From the NCBI RefSeq assembly GCF_009914755.1, contig NC_060929.1: a stretch of DNA of 64,000 nt. The stretch is one strand, 5' to 3'. The position numbers were made by a program, and so were the translations under genes. The DNA comes from the human T2T-CHM13v2.0 reference genome, Homo sapiens. Shown piece after piece: positions 17,592-31,170 of this stretch; position 1 is the stretch's first letter, and each line of letters opens with the position of its first letter. The notes under the pieces are model-generated. The model did not search any database. It was not told the DNA's origin and saw nothing but the letters and a program-made list of their open reading frames with translations.

Positions 17592-17910
17592 TGTCAGAAT
17601 AGGTTAAAACTATGCTGCTGTAACAAATTTCTTTGGCTTTGTATAAAAAAGATTTATTTCTTGCTCATGGTACACAACTTATGAGAATTGCCGGGGAGTT
17701 CTGCTTCACACATTCTCTCAGGCTACCACACTGAGGCAAGCGGCACCTTCATGGAAACACTGTCTCAGATCTAGACCTCAGACAAATCATGAAGAACTCA
17801 AACCTGCTCTTCGTCACTTCTGCCCACTGCCCATTGTCTAGGCCTGGTCATGTGTCCTCATCTAACTGCAAGACAGCTGGAAAATCAGGGAAAGCACATG
17901 GATACTTGTC
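17592..17910 (-). mobile_element. MLT1 (I/J-like) LTR
   Basis: TATGCTGCTGTAACAAA...TTTATTTCTTGCTCATG...TCACTTCTGCCCAC. Confidence 0.6.
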
Positions 17911-18013
17911 CATGTCTATGCCATTGTTTCTCATGGTACCATTTCTTTATGCCTGTATACCTTTGATTTGCGTAGTTTTCTTTCTTATACCGAATGTGGT
18001 ATATATCCTCGCC

Positions 18014-18183
18014 CAGGACTCGTTTCATGAACATGCATGCTGTGCATTCTCACAGGGCCCCCATGCTTAAAACTCTTAGTTTAATAATTTGATATCACCA
18101 TTTTGAAATTCTTAATGAGTTTCAACAGGAAGCCTCTCATTTTCACTTTGTCCTGAACCCTGCAAATTATATAGCTGATCTTG
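18014..18183. mobile_element. MER91A-like hAT MITE
   Basis: CACAGGGCCCCCATGCT...TTGAAATTCTTAAT...CATTTTCACTTTG...CCCTGCAAATTAT. Confidence 0.65.
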
Positions 18184-18196
18184 TTCATACCTAATC

Positions 18197-18306
18197 TAGT
18201 AATTCTCAACCCAGAGTGCTCACTGGAGGAATTTTTTAAAATATAGATACCCAAGCCCCACCTGAGAACAAATTACATCAAACTCTGGGAATGAGGCCCT
18301 GGCAAT

Positions 18307-18346
<40 letters not shown>

Positions 18347-18378
18347 TATAACATTTTGTCAGAGTTGAGCATCACAGC
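18197..18378. mobile_element. MER5A/B-like hAT MITE containing a ~30-nt poly(T) run
   Basis: TAGTAATTCTCAAC...CCCAAGCCCCACC...AGAGTTGAGCATCACAG. Confidence 0.55.
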
Positions 18379-18559
18379 CCTAATGTTATGGCCCAGAGAA
18401 CCTCTTCTGACATTTTCTTAAAACAAAATACGGTGGGAAATAGAATTTTTTAAAAATCAAAGATAATAGAAAGGTATTTAAAAGGTAAAATTTCTTTTTT
18501 ATCCACTCCCAATCACTAGTCTTTCTTCCCAAATGAAATAATTGTGAACAGTTTTTAAG

Positions 18560-19130
18560 TAGTAATGTTCTAGAAACATGTTTCAGCATAGACAATTTGA
18601 ATATCAAAATTAAAAGATATAGTAATGGGTTATAACATATTGAATAAACTAGGAAACTCTGAGTCCATACTGATTTAAATAAATAAACGGATAAACTGAA
18701 AGTTTGATGATAAACTGGATATTTACATAGTTTGAAAGTTTTTCCCCATCAAATACTTACGAATTTCAAAGGGAAAAGTGTAACTGCACAATGAAGAAAT
18801 CTGACTGACAACACCTTAATCATGTGATCAAAGTGAACATCATCATCAGTAAAGGGACAAATCATGCACCACCTGATAGGATGCAGCAAGAAAGACACAG
18901 CATCAGCTCCGTAATATTTCTGCCAAAAATGTACAACTTCAATCTAATCATAAGGAAAATTCAGGCAAAGACAAATTAAGAAACGTTCTACAAAATAACT
19001 GTAGTTTCCAATGTATCCAGTTCATGAAATTAAAGTCTGAAGAACTACTTCAGACTGAAAGGGACTAAAGAGATAAGACAACTAAATGCAACACATGATT
19101 CTGAACTGGATCTTTTTGCAAAAGGATAAT
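18560..19130 (+). mobile_element. L1MC4-like 3' fragment
   Basis: CACCTTAATCATGTGATCAAAGTGAACATCA...CACCTGATAGGATGCA...AATCTAATCAT. Confidence 0.7.
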
Positions 19131-20614
19131 GATGTCATATCTATCTTAGAGAAACAATAGCAGATACATGCAAAGACAGATATACAGGGATGTTCACAAT
19201 GGCATTGTTTCTGGTAGCAAGAAAAGTAAGAATACAAACTAAATATCCATCAACAGAGAAGAGATAAATTATAAGAAGTCATGCTGTGTAAAATAGAGAG
19301 CAATCACATGTAATTACCTAGAACATATCTGACATATTATTATTTGAAAATATATATATTTCAGACTAATACATACATCATGGTTCTATTTTTAATAAAT
19401 GCATATATGTATATAAAAAGCTTGTAGTAGTAAAATGATTGCTTCTGAGGATAAAAGAAATTTTGCTTCTTATATGACATACACATAACTTTTAAGGTAG
19501 TCTATTAGGAATTTTAACTTTTTATTTTTCAAGAAATAAACTTTTATGCAAGATTGACAATTGACCTTCCTTTTGGCTGTTGTAGTTTAGCCAGTCAATA
19601 ATTTTTTTGTAACCACCCTTGAAGAAATTTATGAGAGCTTTTAATTTTAAGGAACTTCCCAATTCAGTCTTCTGAGTCAAGCAGCATAAAGCATAAATGA
19701 AAAACTTTACTTAGCAAATAAGCTCAAGTTGTTAAAAAAAAAAAAAAAAAAGCAAAACCTAGAATAAAAGGAATAAAGTATCTCCAAGTAACTTACATTT
19801 CAGTAAAGAATCAATGTTCCTAATTTCAAGAAATTCAAAGCTGCCATGGACTAATTACCATGCATTGAATTCCTCCAAAATCTGATCCATTACATGTTTG
19901 TGTGTATCTCTCTTTAGGCATAACATAGAGAAACTGGGGGAGATGGCGGGGGGCACTACTGTAAGCTGTTTTCCTCCCTCCTTCCACAAAAGAATAATTT
20001 TGGTGTGAAAAGGATTTGCAAAACAAACACCAAGCTGCATAGGGCTTTGTGTTTTGAAGCCATAAGCATGAAAATCCATTTAAGAAACCTCTTTCTGCCT
20101 GCTGAGATAAACAGGTTCTAAGTGCCCTATATAAATCTCTGAACCATGGAAGAAAATAACCCCAAACTTTTTCTCTTTATTTGTCCCCAATTAAAGTTCA
20201 ACGTAGGGGATTTATAATCCCCATCTAAACAGGGCATCTTCAATTGGTAGCCTGACGTAAATATCCAGCTTTAATGCTACAATAAAGGGACGAGAAGGGT
20301 CAACTCCATATCTTTATACAGAAGGGAAAATGATACCAACATTCAGCACTCCACCAAGACATTACTTACTAAGATGCCCCAGCAGATATTTGGCATTTTG
20401 TCTCCCCAACATCCATTCCCTCTGTCTAGTGTCACCTGTATTTCCACACTGATAATTAATTTCTCCTCCAGGATGTGTAGTATTAGAAAACCAATTCCAG
20501 CTGATTATTTTTAATGACAAAAGGAAAAGATCAGATCCTCCCTATCCCTGCCCAATACAGCCAGAGGGTGAGCACATGACCTAACCTCTGCCTTGGAGTA
20601 TGTGAGGGTGAGGT

Positions 20615-21260
20615 GCGCTGCAGGTGATTAAACTACTGTCTCTCAGCTCAAAATTCACCTTTGCTACCCAGCTTTGTTTTGCCAGACCTGGGGCCTTGTA
20701 GATTGTATTTCTCAGGGCCAGGTGGCTTCCCGATTCATTGTGTCAATAGGGAAACTGGAAGGCAGGAGGAGAGAAGCGACTTGCTCCTCTGCCTTCAGCA
20801 TCAGCCAGCTGCTGCTCTTCACCTGGGCATCGTCAGTTCTTTCCAACAACAACTGGTCCTTTATCAGCTTCTTTCCACAGTCCTAGAATCATCCTTGCCT
20901 CAGTCCCTCAGAGGTACCAGCCAGGTACCCTCTCCTCAGAGGTCTGAGCCCCAGCCTTGGCAGAATCCTCTTCCAACTCCCGAGACACCAGCAGAGGTTG
21001 GCCAGCATCCTCCCCTCAAAGGTCTAGGATTCAGCTCCTTCATGCCTCTTTGCCAAGCTTTTGGACTCTGACAACAGCAACTTCTCTTTGTTTCCTAGCC
21101 CTAGGCATGGTAGCTTCTTCCTGCTGGTACTGTATCTATGTTGTCTTGAGGATCATTTTTACGATTGCAATTTCCAACTTCTGTGCAACCATTTCCCTAT
21201 GTTGAATTCTCTCCATTAAAATAAATGCCACAGTTTTGTTTTCCTCACTAGCCTCTGACC
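20615..21260 (+). mobile_element. LTR33-like ERVL LTR, flanked by other old LTR sequence
   Basis: GTCTCTCAGCTCAAAATTCACC...GGAAGGCAGGAGGAG...GTTTTGTTTTCCTCACTAG..CTGAC. Confidence 0.55.
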
Positions 21261-22189
21261 ACCGCAGGCAGTCTCAGGATGTTGACTCCCACATGGGTTA
21301 ATAAGGAGGGGAGGCATAGATTGCATGTTTTCATTACAAAATGGACATGGCTGTAGAGAGGGTCTTGAGGTTTTTCCCATGACAGAACCATTGCCATGCT
21401 GCTTCTTTCCAAGTCCTCCTCTCCTCTTTTAGTTTCCCTCATCCTCATGCAATTCTCCACCCTCCTTTGCATTCTGTAGGCCCATGAAAACCATCCAAAC
21501 ATTCCTCTTGCTTAGTTCAGTTAAAATTAGTTTCAGTGAATTGTGACTAAGAGCACACACTGCTACTAAATCATTAAGCAGGAAGGTTTGAGCAAACATC
21601 CTCATTCATTCCATCTTTCAATCCATGAGTATTCATTGAACAGAACACTTGGGACAAATGAAGTCAACTCTAGGTGACCTGAGTACTTTATGTTCAGGCT
21701 TCAAAAAACCGGATAACTGTATCATTTGTTTCTGATGTCCTCCAAATAACAACCCCTGACACGTACACATGTACAGAGACACAGACACACCATGCTCAGT
21801 CTCAGCATTGCCAGGCTCATATTGAAACAGCCATCGAGGAATCATTAGTTCATAGATTAATGAGTTCATTCTCTTCACTAACCAGGTCTAGAGAAAAGAG
21901 GAGATGGGCCCAAGGCCATATAGCAAGCAATGAAAGAGTCATGGCCATGACACTGGCTTCTGGGGCACAGTTGACCCCATCCCACTGCCACCTGGTCAAC
22001 CTGGCATCTCTATCTTAGGGAATCCAAGGAAGATGCAGAAGTGGGGGGCACTGGGTAGTGAATAGAAGAATATATAACCCTAGTCATTACAGAAAGTTTC
22101 TAACCTCAGGCAAATCCATCTTTATATGTGAAAGTCAGAAGGGAATAAAAGTAAGAAACCAGCAAACACTATTCTGAGCTAGATGAGAG

Positions 22190-22330
22190 GTGTATGCAGT
22201 GGGGGAAGAAGACTCAGGTTCAATCCCTGGCTCTTCCACTTACTCATTTTTGACGTATTATTTTACTGCTAAGAGTCCCATTCTATCTTCTGTTAAATGA
22301 CGATGAAAACAAATGCCTATTCTCCTTTCA
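22190..22330 (+). mobile_element. MIR fragment
   Basis: GGTTCAATCCCTGGCTCTTCCACTTACT. Confidence 0.6.
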
Positions 22331-22359
22331 AAGTTATTCTAATTAAATATCCTTGTTCT

Positions 22360-22790
22360 TCCAATATGTGGGCTAAGCACTGCTGTAGCAGCTGGGAACA
22401 CAGCAGTGGGCAAGACAAAACCTTCACCATCCTGGAACGTATGCCCTTGTAGAGGAAGATAGGCAGTATACAAATAAACTTATAAATAAAGATGACATTT
22501 TAGAGAGTGACAAATGCAATAGAAAAATTAGAGTAACTTGACAAAGAGTGGTTGAACTCACTAGGTCAGGAGGTCAGGGAGGGCGTCTTTGAGGAGGTGA
22601 CACTTGAGCTGACTCATAAGGGAAGGAAAAAGAGATGATCTAGGTAGAGAACATTCCAAACAGTGGGAGGAGTGAGTGCAAAGGCCCACAAGCCAGAGCA
22701 AGTTTGATGTCTTGAGGAACAGAAAGAAGGACCAAGTGGAGCTGGGCCCAAGGGAGTGATGGGGAGAGTGGGGTCCCGTTGACTCTAAAG
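22360..22790 (-). mobile_element. L2 3' fragment
   Basis: GGTCAGGGAGGGCGTCTTTGAGGAGGTGACACTTGAGCTG...AGAACATTCCAAACAG. Confidence 0.75.
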
Positions 22791-23237
22791 AAACAACACT
22801 TTCCACAGCTGGTATTTGTACATGCTTTAAGCATTGTGTGAAATCAATTGTCCTGTTCTCATTAGCCTACTTTATCATTTCAGCCTTTTGTTGCATAACT
22901 TCTTGTTCATTTTCAACAGTCAATGACTTCCTAGGACTTCTACTTTGTTTTCTGTGTGCTCTTCCTCGTTCTTTGCCAAATAGGGTCTTACAAGTTTTAT
23001 ATAAAGGGACTTTATAATATTTTTCCCATTTGGTGGAAATAATCACACCAATTTATGTCTTGTGGGCCAGAAAGGCAGTGTACTATGATAGGTAAGCAGT
23101 TGAGTTTTGAAATCAGGTCTTGGTTTAAAACTTGTGTCTACCACACTGTAGCAATGTTAATCTGCGCAAGTTAATTAGTTTCTCTAAGCCTTCATTTTTT
23201 TCACATATAGACTGAAAGATACCTAACTTACAAGATT

Positions 23238-24021
23238 TTTAAAATTTTTGTTTTTATTTTAGATTCAAGGGTACATGTGCAGGTTTGTTATATGGGAAAA
23301 TTGTGTGTCACAGGGGTTTAGTGTACAGATTTTGTCACCCATGTAACAAGCATAGAACCTAATAGGTAGTTTTTCAACCCTCACCCTCCTCCCAACCTCC
23401 ACCTTCAAGTAAGCCCTATTGTCTGTTTTTTCCTTCTTTGTGTCCATGTGCACTCAATTTTTAGCTCCCACTTATAAGTGACATGTGGCATTTTGTTTTC
23501 AGTTCTTGTGTTAGTTCACTTAGGATAATGGCCTCCAGCTCCATTCAGGTTGCTGCAAAAGACATGATCTTATTGTTATTTATGGCTGTGTAATATTCAA
23601 TGTATACAGGTATCACATTTTATTTATCCAGTCTATTGTTGATGGGCTTTTAGGTTGATTCCATGTCTTTACTATTGTGAATGGCGCTGTGATGAACATA
23701 TGCATGCATATGTCTTTATGGTAGAACCATTTACATTCCTTTGGATATATGCCCCCAAAATGGGATTGCTGGGTAGAATAGTAGTTCTAATTTCTTTAGA
23801 AATTGCTAAGCAGCTTTCCACAATGGCTGGACTAATTTACATTCCCACCAGCAGTGTATAAGCATTCCCTTTTCTCCTCTACCTCGCCAGCATTTGTTTT
23901 TTGTTTTTGTTTTTGTTTTTTACGTTTTAATAATACTCATTTGCTTTTGATTTGCATTTATCCAGTAATTAGTGATGCTGAGCATTTTTTCATATGTTTG
24001 CTGGCTGTGTTTATGTCATCT
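23238..24021 (-). mobile_element. L1PA15/16-like 3' end inserted in a MIR (MIR halves at ~23075-23237 and ~24022-24095)
   Basis: TTTAGATTCAAGGGTACATGTGCAGGTTTG...AATAGGTAGTTTTTCAACCCTCACCCTCCTCCC. Confidence 0.85.
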
Positions 24022-26429
24022 GTGAGAATCCTGAATGTGTGTAAGGCATAGAGGCTGGCTCACAGAAAGCACTCACTGAGACTAACAGTAGGTGTTCCTG
24101 TGCATTGGCATTTCCTCCTTCTTCCTAACTCTTCTCTACTAACTTCCTGCTGTTACTTCAAGACTCAGGTTTGATGTCATCTTCTGCAGCATGCCTTCCT
24201 TAGATATCCAGGCTGAATCAAGGTCTCCCGTTATCTTAAATCTTACCACCTAACACATCATATGGAATGTGTTTCACGTCTATTCTTCTCTTTTACTATT
24301 AGCTTCTTGACAGCAAGTAATGTGCTTCACTCATCTTTGCACACCAACCACAGAACCCAATATCCTCCACATAATAAATTCCCAATGTGATTGATAAATT
24401 CAACTGTGGATTATGTTAGACCAGACACCAGCTGCTGATAAACTGTCTCTGACTTGGACATCTCAGTGGCTGTGTAGAGAGAGCAGCCTTGCTGAGGAGG
24501 CGTTGAGAAAAGAAAAAGAAAACTTTACCATCTCTGGTAAGTGATGGTTGTCATCTGCTGTTTGTAACTCAAGGCATGCATATAAGTGCAGTTTTCTAAT
24601 TTGTGTGACATTAGCTGTTAGTGCTAACTGAAAGAAATAATCCTGTTATTGCTCCAATGCTCCAGTGACTGAAGGAGGAAACAGAATCCATTAAAACAGA
24701 ATATTGAAAAGGAAGAATTTACCTAATTCCCAAAGAATGCTGGAAATCTGAGTTTTCAAAGTCAGCCAGAAAGCAATTAAATGTCTTTAGTATATTAACC
24801 TTCTCTAAAATGAGACCTCTAACTCCTTTCTGAAGTAGCCTCTGTGCACAACTAAAATAGTCCCCACTACAATAGAAGACAGTATTTCGTGGGAGGGATC
24901 TTACTTTAGCTCAAAGGACACATATGAGAACCTTGGATTCAACTGACCACATGACTCTTCGTGTAGCTGACAGTCCCAGAAAAATCTGGGAGGCCTGATG
25001 CTCTCTGGAGTTTTGCACGGAGGCCCTTCTCTCCTTGGTTCATTCCTTCCCTCTCCCTCTGTTTTTAGAGATAAGAACCTAATAATCTCAAAACTGGATC
25101 AGGTGTGAGAACTCATGCTGCTATTAAAGAAATATGGTCTGGCATTTTCGCCCAAACATAATTGAAACTGGTCAAAAAGGCAGGAGATGTATATCTCTAC
25201 CTATTTATGAAAAACAGTGCATCTTAGCTCTGAAAATGCTTCTTTCCCCTAGAGCCATCCATCCCCAAAGCAGAACAGTCAGACAAATGTCATCCTGTTT
25301 CCTGAGAGGTTGTTATACTCTCATGTCCTCCCTTGCAGAAGGGAAAATGCAAAAATATATTCTTATTTTTCCTCACCTGAGCCAGGAAGCAGCTTCTGCA
25401 ATAATTGGACTGAGGGGATCAAATGTGGTTCACAAATTGATTCTGCCTATCAGAAAAAAAGTTCATTTAAATACAATGATAGATACAAACTCAGGACAGA
25501 GACACTATTTTCTTTATCCCCCAACAAATAAATCACTCCTCACTGTTAACATCAGAGATTTGGGGAAAAAATAGAAAAGAAAAAAAGAAGAAAGACAAGA
25601 AATCAAGAAGCAAATAGAGTATATTATCAAGCAAAACTCTGTTTGACTTTCTGCTGCATCCCCAAAGCCTAGTTATAAACAACATGACAAATCCTCTCTT
25701 TTGTACTACCCTCCCCTATCCTGAGAATTTCAGTGTTCTCTTAACCTCTTTTCCCACTCCATGGGCAACCCTAAATAAACCAACCTTGAATAAGATGCTC
25801 CAGCTTTGGGGATTATCTCACTATTTTACAGAGATGTGTCATCTCCGAATATAAACTGTCAGGATTTTTATTATTTATTGATAATTCTTAAGTTAGATGC
25901 CAAGGGCCTAGCAATTGGAACAGAGAAAACTGTTTAAAAAATAAAATAAATAGCACAAACTTTTCTGTTAGTGATCATTAGTGTGAAAGCAGGTTCTACC
26001 TATAATTTACTCATTTCCACCTGCTCTCGGAAACCTCATGCCTATCTTCCTGCAGAAATAACAAAACCTGTTGAACTGCAGCTATTGACTTGGAAATTGA
26101 ATTTGGAGGAAAATCTCTAGTTCTTTGTGCACCTTCTGCCTCCTCTTTAAAGCTATTTAAGACCCAGAGCTTTTATATTGCCTCTCTTCACTTGTCTGTT
26201 GCATGCTGATTTCTCCCTTTCTTGAGACTTACCACCCATAATCACACAGTGTGCTGCCTTTTTCTCTGATGCAGCGATGCTGTCAGCTTCTTGAGAGCAG
26301 CAGCCATAGCTTATATCTCCCACAGCATCTAGCATGGGCCAGCAATGTTGCAGTTGCTCAAAAACACTTCCTTGGTGATCCTCCTTTACTTGTGTCCCCA
26401 CTTCTGCACTGCTGCTCTGTAATACTTCA

Positions 26430-26700
26430 GGTTAGTCCATCCATTCTCAAATGTGTGGGATCAGATGGGATGCTTTGCAGAATTGCCTGGGATTGGCTCA
26501 CTTCAAGTTTCAGCAAAGAAAGAATTGGTTGCCAACATTTAAGAATCAGGAGACTTCAGGTAACATTCTGATTTCTGGCCTGTCTTTAGGAATCGGATGA
26601 TTTGGCAATACTGGCCCCCATTCTGGCGCATCAGCAACTCAGAGGAGCTAAGTGGCCTTCACATGGGTCGTGTTCTCTAAATCTAGTGGCCCTCAATTCC
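26430..26700. mobile_element. MER102-like hAT-Charlie element
   Basis: GGTTGCCAACATTTAAGAATCAGGAGA...GATTTCTGGC...GATTTGGCAATACTGGCCC. Confidence 0.6.
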
Positions 26701-28859
26701 AGTCAGCTTCATTTATTTATTATAAATTTCATATACCTCTGCCTGGGTCAAAAGTTTATAAGTCTGACCAGTCAGTGTCTGCTTTACAGGAGATTCAGAT
26801 TATTCTCCCCCAAAGCCTATCATCTTTAAAATCAGCACTACCTATTTTTTCTAAAACCAAATCCATTGTCTCAGACTCTGGGAATGTTCTGTGTTTTTGA
26901 TGCCTCCCTATCTTGACTGCTGGCCTCACTGTTCTAGTTACCCAGACCTAAAGCCTCTGGGTTTCTCTATCTCCATCCTATCCCTCACTAAATCCTACAT
27001 ATTCCACTCCAACACATTTTCAAACTCTGTCTCCTCCTTTCCATTTCTACTGCCCTGCTTTCTGGCCTTCTGTACTCCTTACCTGGATCTCCTAACTTGC
27101 CTTCTATCCTTCAATCTCTGGTCTTCAAATTCATTCTTTACATTTTATCAAGGAGCACAGATCTGATTCTGTTACTTCTCTGTTCCAAAACAAAACAAAC
27201 ACAACAAAAAACTCCAAAATCTCCCTGTTGCCTGAAAACCTTTCTGAACTCCATGGACTCCACCATTTGTGCCCAATTTACCTTGATAGCCTTACCAGCT
27301 CTGTATCTTCCAGGGAAACCTCTATCCCAGCAGGCTATCCTCCAGTCTCCGAAACAGCTGTGTGCTAGTCCACTCTGAGGCTGAGCTCTAAGCTGTGAAA
27401 CCCTTCCATGAGACTTGGGAAAATGCATTGCCCCTCCTGCATGGATGAACCGTTTAAATAAGACCTGGAGAAAAGAACTCAAATAAGTGACTTTTTTCTC
27501 TGTCATGACCAGATTCCAGCCACAGTGACCCAGGATGGGGAGGCTACTTCCTGAGAGGATAGAGCCTTCCCCAAACATCTTGAACCATCGCAAACAGAAA
27601 TCGATTTTGCCTGAGTAAAACCAACCCCTTGTGAACCTCACTATCAATCATTTCTCTGATTTGGTATCCTTGGGACTCAATTTGAAGATTTCCAGTGGGA
27701 CAGAAAAATTATAGTTTATTTCTTACTTTCAGAAAACCGAATAATAGCCAATGTGCCTTTTAGGAGCCATACCAGTTGTATCTTGATTTATATGTGTTTT
27801 GTTTGGTTTTTAACAAGGTTTGATTTCCACTGGCCAAATTATTAAGCACATGGAAAGTTCTTACAATGGGCTGAGGAAAATGTTGTTTTCAGACCTCCCT
27901 TCCTTTGCTCGGCTTTTTATTTCTGTTAATGGGCTTAAAACTAATTAGAGTAAATTAATTCCTCAGAATAATAACAATTGCCAGGGAGTCACAACCAACA
28001 CTCTATTCTTAGAGATGAGAGCTTCCTGGGGGCTGGGAAACAATTACAACTTCTTAATGATCTATGGAAGAAAAGGATGCTGGATCTGTATCAATTATGT
28101 TTTATTTATTTGTTTCAGAAACTTTTAATGAATTTAAGGGGAAAATTATACATCTCAATAGAAAGCGCTTACCCTCTCTGAACCATGTTCCTCCTGTGGT
28201 CACAAGAGGCTCATTAGGCTGGCCTTAAAAACAGCAGTTGGGACAACGAGAAAGCTCCACAGAAAATCATGATGAGCAGTGTTCATTATCTATTCATGAG
28301 CACCTTTCTTGCATATTTAGCATTTGCAAAATATTGGATGTCATCAGCATATGGGAGTCCAGGAGAAATCTCACCTTCTTGCAAAGACAAAAATGGAAAC
28401 GGCTGAGTCTTTCTACCCAGTTGAGGGAACCCAATCTGAACATGACGCCTAGTTGTTCTTTGACTCAGTTTAAATGATGTGAAGCTGAGCTGTACTCTCT
28501 GCAGCCCAAATATCTCTGGTTGAACAAAGAACATTAGCACCTAAGGCCAACAACTCTCAAAGTTTCTGTACTGTGAATGGTCCAACAGCTGAAAAAACTC
28601 AAGTTCATCTCACCTCCAATGTCTCTCTTGAATCTATTCCTTTCTGTCCATCTACACAGTTAGATACTAACCATCAGCCATGCCATCTCTTGCCACCATA
28701 CATCATTTGTAATATAATTAGTCTCACACTTATCTCAGTTTCCCATCTCACTCCTCTCTTATCTATTTTCCACATTACAAACTGAGTGATTGTTTTGCTT
28801 CCTACAACACAGTTCTTATCATCACCATTGTCATCATTGAAATTATATTATCATAATTA

Positions 28860-29380
28860 TCATAAGTCAGGTCTTAACTGTAAGCAAAAAAATAAACTCT
28901 GGCTAATTAAAGCAGAAATAATGAACTTAATGGATATGGGCTGATTTCCATAATTCCTAGGAAGTCCAGAGAACTATTTCAGAAGCTACACATCCAGGAA
29001 TCCCTTCTTTTCAGGGATGCATGGTGAAGGCACACAGCCTCCACCGCCACACATTGCCTCTGCAGTTTGCTCTGTTAGCATTTTGAGGTAGGGCTTCAGA
29101 TGTTACTGCTAGAACCACTGCCTCTGCTGACTCTAAGAATCACATGCAGCTGCCACCACTAGAACCAACCTCCCCAGAAAGAAGTCTGCATGGTTGGTTC
29201 TTCATTGCATAATGCGATTCAGACAAAGTCTGATGCATCCAATTAGTGAATTCTTAGCTAAATGTCTATAACTTTGCTTCATAGGAGATGGCATTGCCAA
29301 CCTTTAAAATGGACTCTGACTCAAAAGATAGGAGACTCTCCAACAAAAGAAACAGTGGCCAGGAAGAATAATTGATGTCT
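28860..29380 (-). mobile_element. Old MaLR/ERVL LTR fragment (MLT1-like)
   Basis: AAGCAAAAAAATAAACTCTGGCTAATTAAAGCAGAAA...TCTGATGCATCCAATT. Confidence 0.4.
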
Positions 29381-29730
29381 ACTTTAATACCATTTATTTA
29401 GCACCTACTATATCCCAAAGACTTCATATATATTATCTCTACAATATTTCAGCAAAATAGATATTTTTGTCCATTTTATACAATCCTGAACTTTCAGGAT
29501 CAAGACAGAACACAAACAAATGATGATGACTGAAACTGGAAATGTGTTGGTTCATGCAATTGAAATGTGAGTTGTATGAGAGCAAGACTTATTTCTCTCA
29601 TACAAAGATAAATTCTGAATACCTTTAGTTGTGCCTGGTACAGATCAGGAATTCAATAAAGCATCCAGCCAGCAAGCTTGATCCAGGGGCTCAAAAGATG
29701 TCATTACAATTCTGCATCACCCTATCTCTC

Positions 29731-30589
29731 TATTGCACCCACAATGCAATAGGGCTCTCTCTTTGTTCCCAGGTGGATCGGCAGGTTGAGAAATAATAGA
29801 CACACACAAGATAGTGAAAGCTGGGTCAAGGGGTGTCACCGCCTTTTGGTCTCGCAGTGCCAACAGTGCACTGGATATACCAGCATTTATTATTAAGTTT
29901 AGTGAGGGTGGGGGTAGGTTAGTGAGGGATTTAGGATCATTTGATTATGAGGTGAGATGGTTGCATGGGGATGAAGTAATTCTTCAACATAACATTTGTA
30001 TGTAGAAGTACAGTATACAGAGATAAGAATTTACAATATAGCGTGTGCATCAGTAATTTCTAACAGAGCCTTAAAACAGAAACACAATATTTCCATAACC
30101 TATGATTAGCAAGATATTAATCAGCAGTAACAGTTGCAACAAAAGCTGGTTACAAGCAATCCATGGAAACAGGACATGAAGCTAGACAACCGGTTAGACC
30201 AGAAATTCTCAGAAGGGATTATGCCTTAACCCTAAAGAGGCCTAGAAGAGCCGTGGCAAGATGAGGGCATTTATAGCCCTATCTTATCCATATGGACAGG
30301 CGCCCCCCATGTGTCCGTTTATAGACTCTCCACAAGGGTCGCATTCCATTCCCAGAGCTATGAACATCTGCTTTTCTGGGATAGGAATCTTGATGATGTG
30401 AAACCTCCCTGACTGCACATCCATTCATAGGCTCTCTGCAGGAGGAAACACATTACGCACTGTTGGCTCGTTCTGGCAGTCCAACCTGGCATTGTCTTTA
30501 CACAATCCTGCATGCAATTTTTCATTTACAATAATCAGGTGCATTTCATCTTTTATTCCATAGCAATAGTTTCAGGGGGTCTCCCTATA
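29731..30589 (-). mobile_element. Solo LTR, MER11D-like (HERV-K11D/HML-7)
   Basis: Minus strand starts TATAGGGAGACCCCCTGAAACTATTGCTATGGAATAAAAGATG and ends ...GTGCAATA; AATAAA on the minus strand; 6-bp TSD TCTCTC (29725-29730) / TCTCTG (30590-30595); family name from recall. Confidence 0.75.
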
Positions 30590-31039
30590 TCTCTGTGCTC
30601 TGCTTCATGTTTTATACCCTGACAGATTACATTCCCAAAGGCAAAAAACTTCCCTTTCCCATCACCTCCCTCCATATATAGAAGAAATAAGTCTCATTGT
30701 CTTGGCCCAAGTCATATACCTATCTCTGAAACAATCAATGAGGCCAACATGATAGAACGCTCCATTGGCCAAGCCTGGGTCATATGACTACTTCTGGAAT
30801 TTTAGAAAAAGACAACTGAGCTGTATTGACTTAAATAAAGGAAGAAACATTCTAAAAATGAAGCCTAGGGTCCTTTGCTAAGAATAAAAGCAGTAGAAAT
30901 AACATTGGGCATGCAAAGTTAACAAATGCCTATAATGTAGAGCACAGTTCCACCTCTGTACAGCATTTTCAGGATTCCAAAGTGCTTGAAAACAAATTCC
31001 CTCCTTTGAGCTCTCAAAAATGCCGTCAGCACAACACAG

Positions 31040-31170
31040 CTTTATCTTTACAGGCAAGAAAACTGAAGATCAGAGAGGGTAAGTGACTTTCCCAGGCTCA
31101 CATAGTAAGACAATAGCAGAGCCAGAAATTAAAGTTGGAGCCCCTATTTTTGCCCAGTGTCTTTTTTCCT
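31040..31170 (-). mobile_element. MIR
   Basis: AAAACTGAAGATCAGAGAGGGTAAGTGACTTTCCCAGG. Confidence 0.7.

Noticed and set aside
25134-25574. 146-aa ATG-initiated ORF in unique DNA
   Set aside because: No recognisable domain or splice structure; length is compatible with chance over 64 kb in six frames
27138-27647. 169-aa minus-strand ORF
   Set aside because: Non-ATG start, partly overlaps probable old repeat sequence, no recognisable homology
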